From an uncultured Actinomycetota bacterium (GTDB lineage: Bacteria > Actinomycetota > Actinomycetes > Streptosporangiales > Streptosporangiaceae), in NCBI GenBank assembly GCA_963696215.1, contig CAVOJF010000001.1, forward strand, positions 262,876-326,875: a stretch of DNA of 64,000 nt, read 5' to 3'. Shown here one piece after another: positions 1 through 8,512 of this stretch. A model generated the notes under the pieces. That model saw only the letters and a list, made by a program, of their open reading frames with translations, was not told the DNA's origin and searched no databases. Position numbers and translations under genes: made by a program. Every line of letters starts with the position of its first letter. Within the stretch, counting starts at the first letter, position 1.

Positions 1-1
1 C

Positions 2-163
2 AAGCGGTTCGAGGCGGCCGGCGGCAAGATGTTGATCTGCCCCATCTGCTTCAACGCCAAGCACCTGGACGACCAGGCGCTGGTTAGCAACGCGACGCTG
101 GGCGGCACGGTCCCGCTGTGGGAATGGATCGGCGATGAGCCAGCAACCACGTTCAGCTACTGA
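2..163 (+). CDS. DsrE/DsrF-like family protein, C-terminal fragment (5' end lies outside the window)
   Basis: The frame is open from the window edge to TGA at 161-163. The translation ...GGKMLICPICFNAKHLDDQALVSNATLGGTVPLWEWIGDEPATTFSY resembles the C-terminus of small actinobacterial DsrE-family proteins. Recognised from memory only. Confidence 0.5.
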   Translation, partial: KRFEAAGGKMLICPICFNAKHLDDQALVSNATLGGTVPLWEWIGDEPATTFSY

Positions 164-681
164 CGGCGCCGCTGGCGGCCAGGTAGCCGAGCCTTCCCTC
201 GGCGAGCGCTTCGCCATGGCCCTGGCAGCCAAGGACGCCGCGGCGCTCCGCTCCGTGCTGGCCGACCCGATTGACTTCGAGGCGCTGACTCCAGCGCAAG
301 CACTGGCGGGCCAGCACGCCAGCCGAGGTCGTCGACGAGATCGTGCTCGGCACCTGGTTCGACCCTGGCTCGGACATCCAGGCGCTCGAATCGGTCAGCT
401 GCCGCCAGCTTCCCGGGCGCGAGCACGTCAGCTACCTGCTGCGCGTGCGCAACGCCGACGGCGATCACCTCGTCGAGCAGCAGGCGTACTACGACGCCGG
501 CGGGGCGCGGATCAGCTGGCTGCGGGTACTCTGCTCGGGCTATCAGCCGGCTCGGCGGTACGCCCTAGCAGTCGTCGCCGATCAACCCGTGGCTGGCAGC
601 GAACAGGCTGGCCAGCGCCCGGTTGGTAGTGCCGGTCTTGGCATAGATGTGCTCGACGTGATGGCTCGCCGTCCTTCGTGA
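135..681 (+). pseudogene. Conserved hypothetical protein, apparently frame-disrupted near 286-300
   Basis: The N-terminal part reads in frame 3 (...ALAAKDAAALRSVLADPIDFEALTP). Sensible sequence continues in frame 1 (HWRASTPAEVVDEIVLGTWFDPGSDIQALESVSCRQLPGREHVSYLLRVRNADGDHLVEQQAYYDAGGARISWLRVLCSGYQP). The 3' end is uncertain because it overlaps the convergent gene. Confidence 0.3.
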
Positions 682-2131
682 GATAACCAAACGCTCGGCG
701 ATCTCCCCGTTCGACAGTCCGCGCGCCAGCAGCCGGAGCACTTCGACCTCGCGGCTGGTCAGGCCCCCGGGCCTGGCCAGCCTGCGGGTTGCCTGGTGCC
801 CGGCTGCGGTCAGCACCGCGGCCACCGCCTCGGCGTCAAGCGGCCGGCCTTCGCCTCGGTCGCGCATCGCCGCCGCGGCCCCGTCGAACCCGACCGCAGG
901 ACGGTGCGGCCGAGGCTCGGTCCGCGAGTGATAGAAGTCGGCCGCGGCCAGCAACCTGCCCTCAGGGCTGACCGCGCCGCCCGCCAGTCCGCGCGGATAG
1001 CCCGAGCCGTCCATCCGCTCGTGATGCTGGACCGCGATCGCCGCCAGCGGCATCAGGCCCGGTGAGCAGGCCAGCATGCGCTCGGTGAGGTACGGGTGCA
1101 TGCGCACCCGTTCGGTCTCGGCGTGGCTGAGCGTCCCTGTCTTGTCCCATATCGTGTTCGGCACGCCGAGCCGCCCCAGGTCATGAACCAGTCCCGCCAT
1201 CCTGACCTGCTGGGCCGCCGCTTCGTTCAGGCCGAAGACTCGGGCCGCCGCCGCCAGCCAGGTCGGCGACGCCGCGCGAGTGGCCGATGGTGTACGGCGA
1301 CTTGACGTCGGTGAAGTCCGCGATCGCCTCGAGCGCGGACTCGACCTCGGCGTGCCCGAGCCTCACGCCCAGTGCTGGCTCGACTTCGATGACCGCGTCC
1401 CAGGTACTCCCCTCGTCGAGGCCCTCGCACAGCGCGCCCGCATCTGCGGTGAAGAGGTCGACGAGTTGCGGATCGAACTGCGTCCCGCGGCGCTGCCGCG
1501 CCACCTCAAGCGCGGCGTCGAGTCCGCCGGCCCGGTGGAACACCTCGACCACGTCGGCCAGCGAGACGAGCCTGGCGGCCAGCAGTATCTCCTCGCCGCG
1601 CACTCCCTTGGGAACGCCCCTGCCGTCCCAGCGCTCGAAGGTCTGCTCGACGCAATCGCGCACCCGCTGTGCCAGGCCAAGCCGGGCGGCCAGTTCGTCC
1701 GCCGCCATCCAGTGGTTGTCGAGCATCGTCTCCGCGGCCCTGCGACCCTCGCCGAGGAACGCGATGCCGAGCCTGGCCCGCTCCGCGACGGGCCGGCCGG
1801 TCCCCAGGTGGCGGAGCATGAACATCGGCTTGGACGCGGCCGTCGCGAAGTCTGTCAGCCGGAAGTCGGTCTTCAGCGCGGTGTCGTCGCCGAACCACTT
1901 GGCCTGCTCGTACGCGTCGACGTGACAGCCAACCCACGCGACGAGGGCCGTGTAGTAGACGACCTCGCGCTCGGCTTCGTCCAGGCCCAATCGCTCGGCG
2001 AGTCGCAGTGCGATCAGGCACTGGCGCAGCACGTGCTCCATCGGCTGGCCCATGCCCAGGTCCGCCGCCAGGGACAGGACCGCCAGCAGCTCGGCCAACG
2101 TCACGCGCGTAGGTGCCGCCGACTCCGCCAT
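565..2131 (-). pseudogene. HD-domain / HD-GYP phosphohydrolase fused to a LuxR-type HTH regulator; frame break at about 1240-1262
   Basis: ORF 1181..2131 carries the N-terminal HD-related domain and ends ...[24 protein letters not shown] 565..1200 carries [14 protein letters not shown] (HD-GYP signature) and a C-terminal LuxR HTH ([44 protein letters not shown]). The linking residues [27 protein letters not shown] read in the second frame. The switch falls inside the run gggccgccgccgccagcc. Confidence 0.8.
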
Positions 2132-2300
2132 GGCACGAATCTAAGCAGGCCAATCCCGCAAACCGCCACCGCCCGCCACCGCCACCCGAGCGCCACGCCA
2201 CCGCCCGAGCGGCAGGCCACGCGCGAGCGGCACGCCATGCAGCTCGGCCGGCGGCCCCTCAGCCGACCGCTCGCCACCGGCCACAACCATGATCATTTCG

Positions 2301-2371
2301 ACATTGGATACGAATGGGCCATGATCCCGTCCGGTTTCATATGATTTGCGCGACACAATCGTATCCAATGT
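2301..2371. repeat. 13-bp perfect inverted repeat ACATTGGATACGA / TCGTATCCAATGT with a 45-nt spacer, in a low-GC intergenic region
   Basis: Read directly: arms at 2301-2313 and 2359-2371 are exact reverse complements. Confidence 0.7.
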
Positions 2372-2551
2372 TCTTGAGGAGGCGGTCCGGCGAGGCCGAG
2401 CGGCGGGTGGCTCGACCGGACATGCCACCGTTCGGTCAGTTCGTGGGGTAATTTGTCCGACTGCATCCGGGGAGCCGCGTGAAGCCGTGTCCCGCACCCC
2501 AATTGCTAAGGTCAAACTTATTAGCTAGGCTTACGATATGCCTGGTGAGCT

Positions 2552-2658
2552 CGACGTGAGCGGCCACGACGTGCGCGGCCTCCGACGTGCACGGCCCCGA
2601 CGTGCGCGACACGCGACGGGCGCGGCCGCGACGTCCAGGACCTCGACGTGCACGATGT
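2552..2658. repeat. Degenerate tandem repeat, seven phased copies of a 15-16 nt unit (consensus CGACGTGCGCGGCCn), running into the marR start codon
   Basis: CGACG(T/G)(G/C) cores start at 2552, 2567, 2583, 2598, 2614, 2629 and 2644. Frame 2 has a stop at 2546-2548 and no start codon before GTG 2648, so the array is non-coding. Confidence 0.75.
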
Positions 2659-3067
2659 CGCGGCGGCGATCCGGGGGAGCGTCGGCCTGCTGCTACGGCG
2701 GCTGCGCCAGGTGCGGCCCGAGGGCGAACTCTCGCTGCCCGAGAACTCGGCCCTCGTGCGCCTTGAGCGGTCCGGCCCGATCACGCCCAGCGCGCTGGCC
2801 AAGCTGGAGCAGATCAGCCCGCAGTCAGTGGGCGCGACGATCGCCGCGCTGGAAGGTCGTGGCCTGGTCGAACGACGTCCGGACCCGGCCGACGGCCGGC
2901 GGATCCTGCTCTCGGTCACCGCTGCCGGCCTGCAGGCGCTGCGGGACAAGCGCACCGCCAGGACCGCGCAACTCGCCGCCGCGCTGTCAACCGGGTTCAC
3001 CGCAAGCGAGCTCGAGCAATTGCGCGCGGCGGCACCGCTGATCGAGCGGCTGGCGCAAAGCATCTGA
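2648..3067 (+). CDS. MarR family transcriptional regulator
   Basis: 139 aa with a winged-helix pattern (LSLPENSALVRLERSGPITPSALAKLEQISPQSVGATIAALEGRGLVERRPDPADGRRILLSVTAAG). GTG start. Its TGA overlaps the ATG of the downstream MFS gene (TGATG). Confidence 0.85.
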   Translation: MHDVAAAIRGSVGLLLRRLRQVRPEGELSLPENSALVRLERSGPITPSALAKLEQISPQSVGATIAALEGRGLVERRPDPADGRRILLSVTAAGLQALRDKRTARTAQLAAALSTGFTASELEQLRAAAPLIERLAQSI

Positions 3068-4894
3068 TGGCGGCGGGACACGAGCACGACGACGCCGCTA
3101 AGCCCCGCTCGGCCAGCGATAGCAACGGCCAGATCGCGGCGCCCGACCAAGACGCCGGCCTGCAAGCTCGCAGCAGCGACCGCTATCGCTGGGTCGCGTT
3201 GTCGAACACGACGGCCGCGGTCTTCATGTCAGCGCTCGACGGGTCGATCGTCATCATCGCGCTGCCCGGCGATCTTTCGCGGCATTCACCTGGACCCGCT
3301 CGCGCCAGGCAACGTCGTCTTCCTGCTCTGGATGATCCTGGGCTACCGCCTCGTCCAGGCGGTCCTCGTCGTCACGGTCGGGCGCCTCGGCGACATGTTC
3401 GGCCGGGTCAAGATCTACAACGCGGGCTTCGCGGTGTTCACGGCCGCGTCGGTCCTGCTCTCGTTCGATCCGTTCTACGGGAGCCACGGTGCGCTGTGGC
3501 TGATCGGCTGGCGGGTGCTGCAGGCCATCGGCGGGTCGATGCTCACCGCCAATTCGGCGGCGATCCTGACCGATGCCTTCCCTGCCGATCAGCGCGGGTT
3601 CGCGCTCGGCATCAACCAGGTCGCCGCCATCGCCGGGCAGTTCATCGGCCTGGTGGCGGGCGGTATGCTGGCGGCGATCGACTGGCGGGCCGTGTTCTGG
3701 GTGAACGTGCCGGTCGGGATCTACGGGACGCTACGCGCCTACCTCAAGCTCCGCGACGACGGCGAGCGTCATCGCGGGCGGATCGACTGGTGGGGCAACA
3801 TCACGTTCGCGGTCGGGTTGACCGCGATCCTGGTCGGCGTCACCGCGGGCATCCAGCCGTACGGCCGGCACGCGATGGGCTGGACGAACCCGATGGTCAT
3901 CGGCTGCATCATCGGCGGCGTCCTGCTGCTGGCCGCCTTCTGGCTCATCGAGAGCCGGATTGCCGATCCGATGTTCCGGCTTAGCCTGTTCCGGATCAGG
4001 GCGTTCACGGCCGGCAACATCGCCGGGCTCGCCGTCGCCATCGCGCGAGGCGGCCTGCAGTTCATGCTGATCATCTGGCTGCAAGGAATCTGGCTGCCGC
4101 TGCACGGCTATCCGTACAGCTCCACACCACTCTGGGCCGGCATCTTCTTGCTCCCGCTCACCGCCGGGATCCTCATCTCGGGCCCCATTTCCGGGTACCT
4201 GTCCGACCGGTTCGGCGCCCGCGGCTTCGCCACGGCGGGGATGGTCGTGTTCGGCGCCAGCTTCGTCGGCATGATGATGATCCCAGCGAACTTCCCGTAC
4301 TGGACCTTCGCCCTGCTCACGGCCGCGAACGGGATCGGCGGCGGCATGTTCGCCGCGCCGAACTCGGCCTCGGTCATGAGCAGCGTGCCGGCCAGGTACC
4401 GGGGCGTCGCCTCCGGGATGCGCTCGACCTACCAGAACTCAGGCACGGCGCTGTCGATCGGCGTGTTCTTCTCGCTGATGATCGCCGGGCTCGCGAGCAC
4501 GCTGCCTGCCACCTTGACCCGGGGCCTCCAGCAGCACGGCGTGCCGCATGCGATCGCGCATCAGATCGGATCGCTACCGCCGGTGTCGTCTCTGTTCGCC
4601 GCAGTCCTCGGGGTGAACCCGGTCCAGCACGTGCTCTCCTCGACCGGCACGCTGGCCACGCTGCCGGCCGCGAGCCGGCGAGCCCTCACCGGCCGGATGT
4701 TCTTCCCGCACCTGATCTCGGTGCCGTTCCACCACGGCCTGATGGTGGTGCTCGCCGTCGCGACCGGGCTGTCGGTGATAGCCGCCTTCGCCTCGCTGCT
4801 GCGCGGTGGCAGGTACGTACACCCAGACGGCCCCGGCGAGGACGTGACAGCTACGGCCGGCGGCGCCCGATCAGCCAGTACAGCCCCGCATTAG
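3067..4894 (+). pseudogene. MFS transporter (DHA2 / EmrB-QacA type, 14-TM class); frame break at about 3262-3274
   Basis: The N-terminus RYRWVALSNTTAAVFMSALDGSIVIIALP is in the frame of 3067. AIFRGIHLDPLAPGNVVFLLWMILGYRLVQAVLVVTVGRLGDMFGRVKIYN... continues in the frame of ORF 3332..4894. The junction ctgcccggcgatc would read LPAIF if one g were removed. Confidence 0.85.
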
Positions 4895-5048
4895 CGGTGT
4901 TCAGCGCGCTGAAGACGCGCCAGAACCTCTTGTTCCCGCGGATCTGTTCGACCGGGCGAGCTGAGATGTCCCGCCACGTCAGTGCCACGATCGCGACGTG
5001 CACCAGGCCGACCGCGGCGAGCACGAACTTGTTCGGCTTGCGTTCCAT
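4851..5048 (-). CDS. Small membrane protein, PLD N-terminal (PLDc_N)-like
   Basis: 65 aa with two hydrophobic segments and the motif TWRDISARPVEQIRGNKRFW...YWLIGRR, which is typical of PLDc_N mini-proteins. Its 3' end overlaps the MFS 3' end by 44 nt. Confidence 0.6.
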   Translation of the reverse strand: MERKPNKFVLAAVGLVHVAIVALTWRDISARPVEQIRGNKRFWRVFSALNTANAGLYWLIGRRRP

Positions 5049-5119
5049 GCTGGACCATTCTTCTCAGTCCTGAGCCCGGCCGCCAGCCGCCAGACCTGGC
5101 AATCGGGACTGGCAACCGG

Positions 5120-6919
5120 CTACCTCGGCCTGACTTGATCGGACTCTAGCTTGGGAACGCCACGCAGGACCGTGAGCGCCTCGAGGGTTGACTGGTAGAC
5201 GAATCGCTCCCGCTTCGGGCTCGCCAGGAACCTGGCGGCGGCCGCGATCGGCTCGGTCGACCCCGGCCCGTCGCCGAGCGCTCGGGACTCGTCCACCGCC
5301 GCCCGCGCGGTCTTGACCACGTGCGCGACCATGATCGGCGCGGCGGAGTGGTCCTCGGCCGCGGCCTGGATCAATGACTTCTCCAGCTGTTCGCGCGGCC
5401 CGCTGAACCCGTCGACCAGCGCGACTGCCGCGTCCGGGTCGCGCCCGACGATCGCCTTGTGCACGTCGCTCGGCGTCCTCAGTCCGGTGCGGCGCTGGCC
5501 GACCGCCGTTCGCGCCCGGGTTCCGCTCGTCGAACTGACCGGTCCACTGCACGAACCAGGCCGCGTGGAACAGTCCGCGCAGCACCTGCGGAGACGGGTC
5601 GGCCGACCACGCCCAGCGCAGGGCGTTCAGGTAGGTCAGCGTGTGCGTGACGTCCAGCCATCCCCACTCGTTGGTGTCGTCCAGGTCCAGTTCGATGTCG
5701 AAGCGCGCGAGCCGTTCGGCCGCCGCCCGGCCGGTCACGTCGATCAGCGACGCCACGGGAACCCCGCCCCGCAGTGCGCCAACGAGCGCCGCGCAAGCGT
5801 CCTCAGGCGACCCGTCGGTCAGCGCCCGCCGGTACGCCCCCTGGTCGAGCGGCCCGAGGCCAGCACGGCCCAGCGGCCCAGGCGAGCAGCCGCCGAGGGC
5901 CCGAGGCCAGCGGCGCCGGACGCCAGCGAATCCAGATCGGGCTCAGCGGCCTGCCACGTCCGGAGGAACTTGCGCATGTACGGGAGCTTGTCGTACCTGG
6001 TCCCGAGCACCATCTCGGGCACCAGCGGGGACAGCACCGTGTCGGCCTCCTGCCAGCCGATCTGGTCCAGCATCTCGAAGGCCTTCTGCACGAAGATCAT
6101 CGAGTGGCCGTAGGCGAGGAAATGGTCGGTCACCGCCGAAAGCAGCATGTGCCGCAAGGCAGGCACAGGGACCCTAGCCGCGATGAGCCCGCGGAGCAGC
6201 GCCTCGGCCTCCTCGGCCCGCTCATGGTCGACCAGCACGGGATAGGCGGCGAGCGCGTCGTCGACCGACCCGTACGCGAGTACCGGGTCCACCGGATCGG
6301 GCCGCGGCCGATCGGGGCGCCTGACCTGGCTGTCGGCTGCGACCGACAGCCCCTGGATCACCGGCAGCGCGCGCAGTGACTCGGCGAAGAACTCGCTCAT
6401 CCGCAGGCAGTCGGTCATCGTCGCGAGCGAGTGGTCCCAGCCGTACTCGGCCCGCGGCGCCGCGTACCGCACGCCTTCGCGGATCACGTCGGCCAGCGGA
6501 GTGCCGATCCGCTGCAGCCGCATCGCGTCCCGCGCCATCCGGCCGACGTCGAGGTCCTCCATGGCCGCGCTCAGGCTGGCGAACAGTTCTGGCCTGATCA
6601 CCTCGGCGGCGGGATCGGTGATATCGACGAACACCTGGCCGTCCCTGAGCTGTACCGGGTAGGTCCTGATGTTCTCGCCGCCGAACGTGCAGGCGCCGCT
6701 GCCAAGCTCGAACTTCCAGTTGTGCCAGGCGCAGGTGAGCACGCCGTCCTTCACGTCGCCGCGCACGAGCGCGTAACCCTGATGCGGACAGCGGTTGTCG
6801 CACGCGTACACCCCGCGCGGAGTACGGAAGAGCGCGATCCGCTTGTCCAGGTAGGCGAACGACTTAGCGCCGCCCTCGGTGATGTCATTCACTGCCGCAG
6901 CGCGCACCCACGTGCCCAT
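5120..6919 (-). pseudogene. Rieske [2Fe-2S] domain protein with a long C-terminal domain of unknown function; two frame breaks (about 5845-5860 and 5500-5520)
   Basis: Rieske motifs CPHQGYAL and CAWHNWKF are present. ATG 6919 is preceded by GGAGG. Sensible translation runs through three frames: ...YMRKFLRTWQAAEPDLDSLASG..., then PLDQGAYRRALTDGSPEDACAALVGALRGGVPVASLIDVTGRAAAERLARFD...WFVQWTGQFDERNPGA, then ...TGLRTPSDVHKAIVGRDPDAAVALVDGF...STLEALTVLRGVP. Confidence 0.75.
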
Positions 6920-7009
6920 GCCAGCCTCCGCAAGATGGAAAGAAGCTGTTCTGGACGCTAGTTCTTCAACCGCGCTTGAAGTCAAGGGGCAGTTTCAGGC
7001 GCGAGCGGA

Positions 7010-7672
7010 TCAGTGATGCACGGCCGCCAGCAGGGCCGCGTAGGAACGCACCAGCGCCGCGTGCTCGAGCGGGAGCAGCGGGCTGTCGGGCTGGCAGCCT
7101 TCGGCGATCCACTGGTCGGACAGGTCCATCGCCCTGGCCCTGTGCGCCGCCGCCGGGCGGACCGCATCTTCAGGCTCGCGGTACAGGTAGGCGTACAGCC
7201 TCGTCACCGACTCGACCAGGTCGTCGCCCGCTCCGAGCGGCTCGACCGAGTACTGGTGCTCCCGGTGCGCGCGCCACCAGTCGACCTCAAGCCTGGCAGC
7301 CTCGGCGGGATTGGCCGGGTGCCCGTAGCTGAGCTTGACCAGCGCGTAAAACCGCCGCATGCACCGCCGCGCGCCGTCGGGATCGTTGTCGGGCAGCGGC
7401 GCCCACAACTGGTTGGCACGCAGCACCAGCCAGGCTCCGTGCAGGGTCCGCACCCAGTCCATCCCGAAGCCGCACCTGACCAGGCCCACCGAAGCGGCCA
7501 GGACCTGCGGCCAGCGGCGCAGGTAGTACCCGACCCACGCCCGGTACTCCAGATCGGCGATCCGATTCGGGTCGAACGACCGCAGCCTGCTCGGCTGCCC
7601 GCCCGGACTGCCGAGATCCGCCATCTGGCGGGCGGCCGCCTTCACCCGGCGTGTGATCAGCGCGAACTCCAC
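7010..7672 (-). CDS. Conserved hypothetical protein
   Basis: 220-aa ORF with protein-like composition (Trp/Tyr-rich, e.g. ADLEYRAWVGYYLRRWPQVLAASVGLVRCGFGMDWVRTLHGAWLVLRANQLW). No family recognised. Confidence 0.6.
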   Translation of the reverse strand: MEFALITRRVKAAARQMADLGSPGGQPSRLRSFDPNRIADLEYRAWVGYYLRRWPQVLAASVGLVRCGFGMDWVRTLHGAWLVLRANQLWAPLPDNDPDGARRCMRRFYALVKLSYGHPANPAEAARLEVDWWRAHREHQYSVEPLGAGDDLVESVTRLYAYLYREPEDAVRPAAAHRARAMDLSDQWIAEGCQPDSPLLPLEHAALVRSYAALLAAVHH

Positions 7673-7824
7673 AATGAACCCCCACGAGTTCGTTAACTGG
7701 ACGCTCGTCGTGCCAGCCCATCGCCCGGCCAGCGCCGCAGGCCAGGATCTCAGACGATTTCAGGGCTGATCCGGTTAATCAAGCACTCAGCGACCCCGAG
7801 GACACAGCACGCCACCCCGGAAAG

Positions 7825-7853
7825 TTGACGTCTGCATGCTTCATATGTAAGTT
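7825..7853 (+). promoter_or_regulatory. Sigma-70 (HrdB)-like promoter: TTGACG, 17-nt spacer, TAAGTT
   Basis: TTGACG at 7825-7830, a 17-nt spacer, then TAAGTT at 7848-7853, in a low-GC stretch upstream of the ArsR-type gene. Confidence 0.45.
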
Positions 7854-7938
7854 CTACCTGACAGGTGTTAGAGACAAGCCCAACACAACCCTGGAGCTTG
7901 AACTGACCGGCGACGAACTCCTAGCGAGGCTGACGGCG

Positions 7939-8235
7939 ATGGCGAACCCGCACCGGCTGCGGATCATCGCCGAGCTCAGGCGAGGCCGGGTGCATGTCAG
8001 CGAGCTGGCCAGGCGGCTCGAGATGTCCAGGCCGCTGCTCTACATGCACCTGGACAAGCTCGAGAAGGCCGGGTTCATAGGCGGGCAACTCGAACTCTCA
8101 GAGGACGGCAAGGCCATGAAGTACTACGAGCTCATCCCCTTCGAGCTCCGGCTGACGGCGGAAGAGATCGCCGCGGCCCTGGAGACGGGGGATGCGGACG
8201 CGCACAAATCAGCAGACGACAGCGAGGAAAGGTAA
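7939..8235 (+). CDS. ArsR-type winged-helix transcriptional regulator
   Basis: MANPHRLRIIAELRRGRVHVSELARRLEMSRPLLYMHLDKLEKAGFIGG matches the ArsR/SmtB-like HTH pattern. ATG 7939 has GAGG 9 nt upstream. The track ORF starts at TTG 7825, but that TTG coincides with the putative -35 box, so the N-terminus is uncertain. Confidence 0.7.
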   Translation: MANPHRLRIIAELRRGRVHVSELARRLEMSRPLLYMHLDKLEKAGFIGGQLELSEDGKAMKYYELIPFELRLTAEEIAAALETGDADAHKSADDSEER

Positions 8236-8239
8236 CCCG

Positions 8240-8512
8240 ATGACCGGCACGACGGCCCTGGCCACCGGAGGAACGAACTTCACCGCGATCAGCATCACCC
8301 TCGGGATCGTGTTCATCATCGGCGGCGCGATCGCGGTCATCGCGTGGTCCTACTTCAGGCTGCAGCGGCACCGCGCGGACGCGGTCGCGATGGCCAACTA
8401 CCGCAAGCTTGCCGAGGAAGCCGTGGAGAACCAGCGTGAGCTACGCGCTCAGCTGGCTGAGCTGACCGCCAAGGTCGGCGCGGTCGAGCAGTTGATGCGG
8501 GAAGTCGGATGA
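8240..8512 (+). CDS. Small single-pass membrane protein with a coiled-coil-like C-terminus
   Basis: ATG 8240 is preceded by GAGGAAAGG. One TM segment (FTAISITLGIVFIIGGAIAVIAWSYF) is followed by a heptad-like tail ENQRELRAQLAELTAKVGAVEQLMREVG. The stop overlaps the next gene's start (ATGA). Confidence 0.6.
   Translation: MTGTTALATGGTNFTAISITLGIVFIIGGAIAVIAWSYFRLQRHRADAVAMANYRKLAEEAVENQRELRAQLAELTAKVGAVEQLMREVG

Noticed and set aside
2346-2528. A 60-aa ORF in the marR upstream region.
   Set aside because: Third-codon-position G+C is far below that of real genes in this window. There is no Shine-Dalgarno at a usable distance and no recognisable motif. The region was kept only as a possible non-coding element.
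4851-4894. The 44-nt convergent overlap between the MFS transporter and the PLDc_N mini-gene, read as a sign of misannotation or antisense regulation.
   Set aside because: Both ORFs have plausible protein features, and such 3' overlaps do occur. Without transcript data there is nothing specific to claim.
7825-7938. TTG 7825 as the start of the ArsR-type gene, giving the 136-aa form from the ORF track.
   Set aside because: The TTG is the first triplet of a near-consensus -35 hexamer that has a properly spaced -10 box. The extra 38 residues (MTSACFICKFYLTGVRDK...) use low-GC codons. ATG 7939 is preferred, but the N-terminus remains unproven.
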